From positions 24,423,447-24,487,446 of the forward strand of contig CM119263.1 of assembly GCA_051294375.1 (NCBI GenBank): a DNA stretch of 64,000 nt, written 5' to 3'. The DNA comes from Paraspadella gotoi. Lineage: Eukaryota > Animalia > Chaetognatha. A program made the translations under genes and the position numbers. The notes beneath the pieces were generated by a model. That model was given only the letters and a program-made list of their open reading frames with translations. It was not told where the DNA came from and made no database searches. Shown here piece after piece: positions 56,055 to 64,000 of the stretch (its first letter is position 1; every line of letters begins with the position of its first letter).

Positions 56055-56638
56055 AGGGCGTTTGAGAGCAAAGGGCGATTAAGAGCAGAGGGCGATTGAG
56101 AGCAGAGGGGCGATTGAGAGCAAAGGGGCGATTGAGAGAAAAGGGCGCGATTGAGAGCAAAGGGGCGATTGAGAGCAAAGAGGCGATTGAGAGCAAAAGA
56201 GGCGATTGAGAGCAAAAGGGCGATTGAGAGCAAAGGGGCAGAGAGAAAAGGCGATTGAGTAGAAAGGGGTGATGGATAGCAGAGGGGATTGAGAGCAAAT
56301 GGGCGATTGAGAGAAAGGGACCGATTAAGAGCTGAGGGGCGATTGAGGGCAAAGGGGCGATTGAGAGCAACGGGCGATTGAGGCAAAGGGACGTTGAGAG
56401 CAAAGGGGCGATGAAGAGCAGAGGGGTGGTTGAGAGCAAAGGGGTAAATTAAGAGCAAATGGGCGATTGAGAGCAAAGGGCCGAGTAAGAGCAGAGGTGA
56501 TTGAGAGCAAAGGGGGATTGATACAAGGTGAGGAGAGCAGAGGGCGATTGAGAGCAAAGCGGCGATTGAGAGCAAAAGGGGCGATAAGAGCAGAGGTGCG
56601 ATTTGAGAGCAAAGGGGCGATTGAGAGCAAAGGAGCGC
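56055..56638. repeat. Degenerate ~18-bp minisatellite (GATTGAGAGCAAAGGGGC, ~30 units)
   Basis: Direct reading. It produces the repetitive LLSIAP/ALNRPF/CSQSPL ORFs on the minus strand. Confidence 0.92.
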
Positions 56639-58473
56639 TTGGAAAAACGATGTTTTTGCTTTGGGAAATACAGCTATGATGATTTAGAATCTTTACGTAA
56701 GAACGTTGGCAAAATAATTTTAAAAAAGTTTCGTATTTATTGTATTTGTTGATCCTAGAAAAAATTGTAACATTAATTTATAAAAAAACAATGTTATGTT
56801 TGTAAAAACTCGTCCATTTTCCATAATTCACCAGGAACCACGGTAATACTAATAGGTGCTTAACTACGTAATGTCATCGATCCCTCGTCTTTTGATCACT
56901 CGATNNNNNNNNNNNNNNNNNNNNNNNNNCGCTTTCGATCGCTTTCGATCGCTTCGGCGCTAAAAAGCTCAAAGTGAGTCTCGCCGCGTGACGTCTTCGA
57001 CTTCTGCTCCGCGGGATTCCACCGAAACAAAGACGCCATTCCTCTCCGCTGATTGCCGCCAAGTCGGCCGCCGACTCGCGTTCCTCTAGCCGACGCAACC
57101 GACAACACTCGGTCCACTATCTCCGGCGCGAACATCGGGTCCGCCGACGAATTAACGAGCCAGCTGTCTCGGTTGGTGATCTTATTATTATTGTTGTTGT
57201 TACTTGCTGCACCATTCACGGTTTAGACACGGTGAAACCTGCTGATAACAAACAAGGTGTTAACTACATAGCATATAATTGCATCGAGTTAAAATTCGAT
57301 ATTCTCAAATTGCCGCTCGAGCAGTTATACTAATAGTCTAATACCCAGAAACGTCAACACAAAATACAAAGTACTGAGCTTAGTCATTGGTCAATGGTCA
57401 TAAGAAGAATATCCCAAAAGTTTTGAATTGATTCCGGGTTTTATAAAATTTAATTTTTCGCCCCATTTAGACTATGATAAAATTTTAAACGCAACATAAT
57501 TTCAAAATACTTTTATTGCTCGAAGAGAGATAGTGAATTGTTAAGTATTTTGTCATTAAAAAGAAATTAATTTCGTTCGATCACTGCATTACCATCCCGT
57601 TTCTATCCCCGGGGCCACGCCGAGGCTGCAATTAATTTTCCATTTTTCTACCAAATTTTCAGTAAAAATATGTTTAAAAAAATGTTGTATCTTCGCAGAG
57701 GTTTTTGTTCGGGTGGAGCCGCTGAGTGACCAGATGAACTCCCCTTTCCCCCCAAAGATTCCCGCAAAGTTACCAGCCCCCGCAGCTGGTCATCCTCCAC
57801 TTAGGGGCACTTTACTTCCCCACTCCGCTCAACCCTCCTCCTCTTCGCTTTTTAACCGCCCTCTGGCGGAAACGCCCGAAGACACCCGGCCGCAGCGGCG
57901 GCGGCCGCGGCGGAGGCGGCCCTCTCGCCTGGTTTCGGTTCCTCGTTTATTTACAAAGCGCCGTTCATTTGTTTATGACTGGTTTAAAGAGATTCAAGAT
58001 TTCCACCCTTTGCCCGGCGTAATTGGTAGCATCGGGTTTTCTTAGGGGGGAAGGATTGGGGGGGGAGAAATGGGGAGAGGGGAAGTTGGGAGAAAGGGAA
58101 ACAGGGAACTGAGATTAAGGTGGGGAAAGTTAAGACGGAAGACAAGTTTAGCGGGAACGTTGCGCAAGAAAAGCAAGTCAATTTGCAGATGCATAAATTA
58201 CTTAATTGGAATACACAAGTGTCTGGGAACTGAGGAAAATTCGGTCAGATGTCTGTAATGTTGCGAAATCGAAGACGATTAACTAGAAGGTTTAACAGTT
58301 TAAAAAAAATATGGATGAAAAAAAAAAGCGTTCAGAAAAAGCTTAGCGAGTCTTTTACCCAAAATATGGGACCCATTAAGAGACAACAAAGTTTCGGTGG
58401 TTCAACCGAAAAAGGTTCACATATCAACGTGAAATAAATCTTCTTTTTTAACCACGAAACTTAGCCATCGATA

Positions 58474-58508
<35 letters not shown>

Positions 58509-58818
58509 GTTTATCTTTCAAATAGAAAAAAAAAATGGCGTCATTTGTAGAGATGGCAACGGCCTTTTTTGCCGATTTACCCGCAGAATAACAGTTATTA
58601 TTTATTGTCTTTTCGAATTCACCGGCCCACCGAAGGGATCATTGCCTGCCCTTGCCTCCCCTGAAAATTAATCGCCGGTTCTTCGTGTTTACCGAGTTCC
58701 GTCGGGGCGTGACTTATTACGCGACCAAGCGGCGAAAGCGAAGGACAATCGCCGTCGAACAAAAGACGAAATCGAAGAAAAACAAACGGAAAAAGATTCG
58801 ACTGTTGACTTTTTTACG

Positions 58819-58873
<55 letters not shown>

Positions 58874-61486
58874 TGAGTTTGTTTACTTTTTTCCGTTTCA
58901 TCCCCTTAAATTAGAAATGTGAGGAATCTGGTTATAAAAAAAAAAGGCCGAGGTTACGGATCTTCAAGTTAAAGAAAATAACTCAGCACAGAGGGGTCAA
59001 GGTAAAAATGGTAATCTTTAATTTTATATTTCTTTCTAGGTTCTCATTCGATGCGGCAACCGACGCCACCGAAAGTTTAGTCAGCTTGTCCTCATCATCG
59101 ACTTTGGACTTCGGAAGAAGAAAAACTAGATTTTGTGGAGAATTGAAAACGAGGGATCGACGTGTAGAATCAGTCGGGTACATGGATCGATCGAGGACGC
59201 CGCCTTTCCATCTCGTAGCTTCCGTTTCCTGTTCTACTTTTGACGCAGAATCCTTCGTATCTCTTATCCCCTCCTCGCTCCTCGGTTCTCACTTTCGATA
59301 AAATCACCGTTCTCCTTTTCGAGTCTCCACCCGACCCTTATCTCATCGATCCTCCGCACAACAGGAACAACAACAACAACAATCAATCGTTCGTCCTTCA
59401 ATAAGCATCATATGTTCGGATCAAGTAACATAACTGACCAGTTGATTATTCCATTTATTGACACATTGTAGATTTTAATACTTTTCTGCGTTTATTCGGC
59501 TTCTTTTCTTTTGCTTCTTCTTCTTTCTCCTCCTCCTCTTCCTCCTCCTCCTCCTCCTCCTCCTCCTCCTCCTTTCCCTACTTCGAAAATATCTCACGTT
59601 TCTTCCCGAATCAAAATATTGTTTTCTCTGGGGTGAAAATCAACGAATGAAATAAATAGGCTCCTTTTTTTTTTCCATCAGTAAGAGCGATAGGGGAGGA
59701 TGAAGATGACCATCGAACAATAAAAATATATAATTATTATAAAACTAACACGAAGTGAATTTTCTTCTTTAAATACGGATAAAAATAAGTATGGTATATA
59801 ACTAGTTAAGCCTACTATTTCTTTGAATTGCTTTCATTAAAAAGAAAATAAGAAGTCCCAGAGTAAAGGCAGAGTGGATTCCTTTCTGAGACGGTCTACT
59901 GCTACGGTGCTGCGCTACGGTTCAGCGCCGCTCCGGCACCGTCGCGGTGCGCGAAAACCCTCGCGCGACGAATCCCTCTTGTTCGCGCGCAAACCCCAAA
60001 GTCATCATCTAATTTCCAAAGACGTTTTCCTCTCCGGTTTATCTCTTTCTCCGAGGTCAGGGGTCAACCGAAAGGGAAGAAGAGGAAAATATTCTAGGGA
60101 AGAAGAAGGAAGATTGAGAGAGAGAAGGAGAAAGGAAAGTGAATAGATGGAAGGGGGGAGGATTATAGGAAAGTATTAGAGGAAAAGGTTAGAGAAAAGA
60201 AAATTTTAGGAGAAAATTGTGAATGTATTTAGACCGGGAAATTGGAACAAAAGGAAAGAAAGGAAGGGAGCAATGAGAGATGCGAGGAAAAAGAAGGGAA
60301 TGAGCGAACTGAGAAGGGATAAAAGAGCGGAAGTGGTGAGGAAAAAGAGATAAAGGACAGAGGAACAGGGCAGACTTTGGTAGAATGGGTTCCGGTTATA
60401 CGAAGAAAGGATGAATATCCACGACGACGACGAAGACGACGACCACGACGACGACGATTCGGTGAAAGTCGATTTTTTCTCCTTTATCTTCGCTTTGGCG
60501 CTCGGGCGCTCGAGCGAGGGCGAGGGAGACGAAATGACGTCTCAACAATAAAGAGGACGATGAGGTTTTTTTTTAAGGTAAAAGTTTGAGAAGTAAACGA
60601 GGGTATTTTTTTGGTCACTGGCCACTGGCCACTGGCCACTGACCAGGGTTTAGGCCAAGATTTTATGACTTGCAATAAATGGTTGAGGTGCTTGAAAATT
60701 GGACTGATTTTAAAGAGAAATCGGGGATGAAGGGAGGAAAAGTTATATAAGGATGAGACGACTTAGATGAGGAGAAAAGAAAATGATGAGGTGAGGAGAT
60801 AAAGGAGAAAAGAGGAGGAGAAAAGGGGAGGAGGAAAAAAGAGGAGGAGAAAAGATGAGGAGAAAGAGAGGAGGAGAAAGAGAGGAGGAGACGAAGGAAA
60901 ATAGAAGATTAGAATATGATAATTGTAAAATATATATAAAAAAATTATCGTATAGAATAGATTGATGGATCGAACTTGAATAGAGAACGAGCTAAAAGAA
61001 GAGTGATTAAGATAAGGAGAGTGAGTGCGAGAGCGAGAGCGAGCGAAAGCGAGCGAAAGCGAAAGCCGAAGGCGGACCCGTCTGCTTTTCGTCCTCGATC
61101 TCTTTCATTCAAATTCAAATGACGAAGCGAAACAAAATAGAAAAATCGATGCTTTTCAAAGACTCTTTTCTGCTTCGAAAACCCATAAAAATATTACCCC
61201 CCCCCCGCGCCCACAACCCCGCCCCCCCTTCGTGGCCGCCCCCTTCTTTTGAAATATTGGCAAAGGTCAAAGCGACGTCGGGGCGCGCGCGATGGGTCGC
61301 ATTCGCGGCCGAATAGGGCGGACGGGGCTCTCCGATTCCGCGCACCATAGAAGAAAAAAAAATAGAAGTTATTGGTGCGAGCGTTATGGTGCGCGTCGGT
61401 GGCCGCGAGCTGAAATGGGAGGAGAGATGGAAAGAGAGAGGATGACATATCTCGGTTTTTTTGGGGAGAGGGAGGGTGGGAGGGGA

Positions 61487-61488
61487 GA

Positions 61489-61533
<45 letters not shown>

Positions 61534-61694
61534 GCTTTTGCTGTAGTTTTAAGAAAAATGTAAAAAAAAGAAAAAAAAACTAACATAAAAAATGGCAAAA
61601 AGAAAAAAGAAGAATACAAATGCCATAAGTAAGGAGAAAGAGGGAAAGAAAATTGGAAAAGAAGAAATATGAGAGAGAGAGAGAGATAGGGAGA

Positions 61695-61741
<47 letters not shown>

Positions 61742-63761
61742 AGGAGAGAGAAGAGAGAGAGAGAGAGAGAGATTGGAAATTGGGTCTCAGGCTCGGATCG
61801 GTCTCGAGGATCGAACAGCAAAGAGAAGTTAAACCTCAGAGGAACAAAGGCCACGCAGAAAATTCGCCCCAAGATAATAAGATGGGGAAACCTCGAGTTA
61901 TCACCTCGGGTGGTGGTGGATGGGGCGGGGGTGAAGGGTCTGGGTGAGGAGCGGAGGCGGGGTTCTGGTGAGATATGGGAGAGAAGTTTGGGAGAGAATA
62001 TCGTATGTGATTAGAGATGACAGTTAGGACGATGGGGAAGGTTAAAATTGGGGAGGATATTTATGTACACAAAAGGGGACGGGTTGGAGAAAAGATGCGA
62101 GGTTGATAAGTTGATGAAGAAGAAACACAAAAGCCCACAAATGACGGTAGGATTTTATGAAATGTGATGCTTTTTAAGACCCGCCAAATGTCGATATACT
62201 TAACTTAACAATTTTGTCTAGATCACCAGTTTCAGAACATTCCAACAAACTTCCACCACACGATGGCGCCTGAAGCACTGTTGCCGCCTGATCCACCCAC
62301 GGCATCGTCGGCGGCGGCGGCGCCGTTTTTTTCCTTTTTCGCGCCGGGAAAAAAATCGACGCCGGGATTTTGTGGGATTTGGTTCGATTCTCTTTCGGGT
62401 CTCATATTCGCCGCTGAAATTCGATGGAGTCGCGCTTGGGTATTTGGAGCTGGAGCTGGCGTTGGAGCTGGAGTAGATGGGGTTGCGGCTGGCGCTGGCA
62501 GGGTGAGTTAGTGTCTTAAGGCGTCTGATTTAAGTTCTTTGTTGTTTGTGGTCTCAAAAATTGAGAATTGGAATCGAAGTAGAGATATTTGTGATTCCTG
62601 GTTCCTTATTCCTGGTTCCTAATAGTACCCCTTTCCCTATCTTTCCTGGATAACCCTGGTTTTCCCCGNNNNNNNNNNNNNNNNNNNNNNNNNTCGCGGC
62701 GGGGATCGGGGAGAAGAGGGGGATCGAGGAGAAAGGGGGAATGGGGAGAAAGGGGGATCGGGGAGAAAGGGGGGATCGAGGAGAAAGGGGGGGATCGAGG
62801 AGAAAGGGGATCGATGCGGGGAAAACCAGGGTATCCAGGAAAGATAGGGAAAGGGGTACTATCTATCAGGAACCAGAATAAGGAACCAGGAATCACAAAT
62901 ATCTTACTTCGATTCCAATTCTCATTTTTGAGACCAACAAACAACAAAGAACTTAAATCAGACGCCTTAAGAACACTAAACTCACCCTGCCAGCGCAGCC
63001 ACGCAACCCCATCTACTCCAGCTCCAACGCCAGCTCCAGCTAAATACCAAGCGCGACTCCAATCGAATTCTCAGCGGCGAATATGAGACCCGAAAGAGAA
63101 TCGAACCAAATCCCACAAAAATCCCGGCGTCGATTTTTTTCCCGGCGCAGAAAAAGGAAAAAAACGGCGCCGCCGCCGCCGGACGATGCCGTGGGTGGAT
63201 CAGGCGGCAACAGTGCTTCAGGCGCCATCGTGTGGTGGAAAGTTTGTTGGAATGTTCTGAAACTGGTGATCTAGACAAAATTGTTAAGTTAAGTATATCG
63301 ACATTTGGCGGGTCTTAAAAAGCATCACATTTTCATAAAATCCTACCGGTCATTTGTGGGCTTTTGTGTTTCTTCTTCATCAACTTATCAACCTCGCATC
63401 TTTTCTCCAACCGTTCCCTTTTGTGTACATATAGTCCTCCCCAATTTTAACCTTCCCCATCGTCCTAACTGTCATCTCTAATCACATACGATATTCTCTC
63501 CCAAACTTCTCTCCCATATCTCACCAGAACCCCGCCTCCGCTCCCACCCAACCTTCACCCCCGCCCCATCACCACCACCCGAGGTGATAACTCGAGGTTT
63601 CCCCATCTTATTATCTTGGGGCAATTTTCTGCGTGGCCTTTGTTCCTCTGAGGTTTAACTTCTCTTTGCTGTTCGATCCTCGCAGACCGATCCGAGCCTG
63701 AGACCCAATTTCCAATCTCTCTCTCTCTCTCTCTCTTCTCTCTCCTCTCTTCTCCTCTCTC

Positions 63762-63812
<51 letters not shown>

Positions 63813-63955
63813 TCTTCATATTTCTTCTTTTCCAATTTTTCTTTCCCTCTTTCTCCTTACTTATGGCATTTGTATTCTTCTTTTTTCTTTTTGCCATTTT
63901 TTATGTTAGTTTTTTTTTCTTTTTTTTACATTTTTCTTTAAACTACAGCAAAACG

Positions 63956-63991
<36 letters not shown>

Positions 63992-64000
63992 TCTTCTCTT
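61487..64000. repeat. ~1.2-kb inverted duplication (61487-62668 vs 62817-64000) around an N gap and a short GGGGGATCGAGGAGAAA tandem
   Basis: For example, 62221 GATCACCAGTTTCAGAACATTCC is the reverse complement of ~63249-63271, and ORF MAPEALLPPDPPTASS appears on both strands. The match runs to the window end. Confidence 0.92.

Noticed and set aside
56008-56679. Repetitive ORFs / CRISPR-like array
   Set aside because: Plain tandem minisatellite with no unique spacers; eukaryotic context and no cas genes.

Overview
Eukaryotic (animal-like) draft genomic DNA, rich in (AG)n/(CT)n and (TCG)n microsatellites, with several N gaps and mostly short GT-AG introns. Six spliced protein genes can be assembled by hand between ~8 and 44.5 kb. 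They are a large low-complexity orphan (+), a TPR-SET-double-MYND SMYD-family methyltransferase (-), a DIPP/NUDT3-type Nudix hydrolase with a spliced C-terminal extension (-), a complete p90 RSK kinase (+), a single-pass membrane protein with four PY motifs (+), and an acidic protein with a C-terminal membrane anchor (+). The most striking non-coding signal is a dispersed family of circularly permuted (type P5) twister-ribozyme motifs: one near-intact copy inside a ~230-nt structured element, three short copies with a palindromic minimal P1, and several relics. Three copies sit antisense in introns of the SMYD gene. A decayed minimal type I hammerhead of the Penelope-associated kind, three MITEs, minisatellites, a helically phased CCAAT array and two probable assembly duplications are also present. 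No recognisable protein gene was found from 44.5 to 64 kb. All calls are by eye; no searches or folding programs were run.
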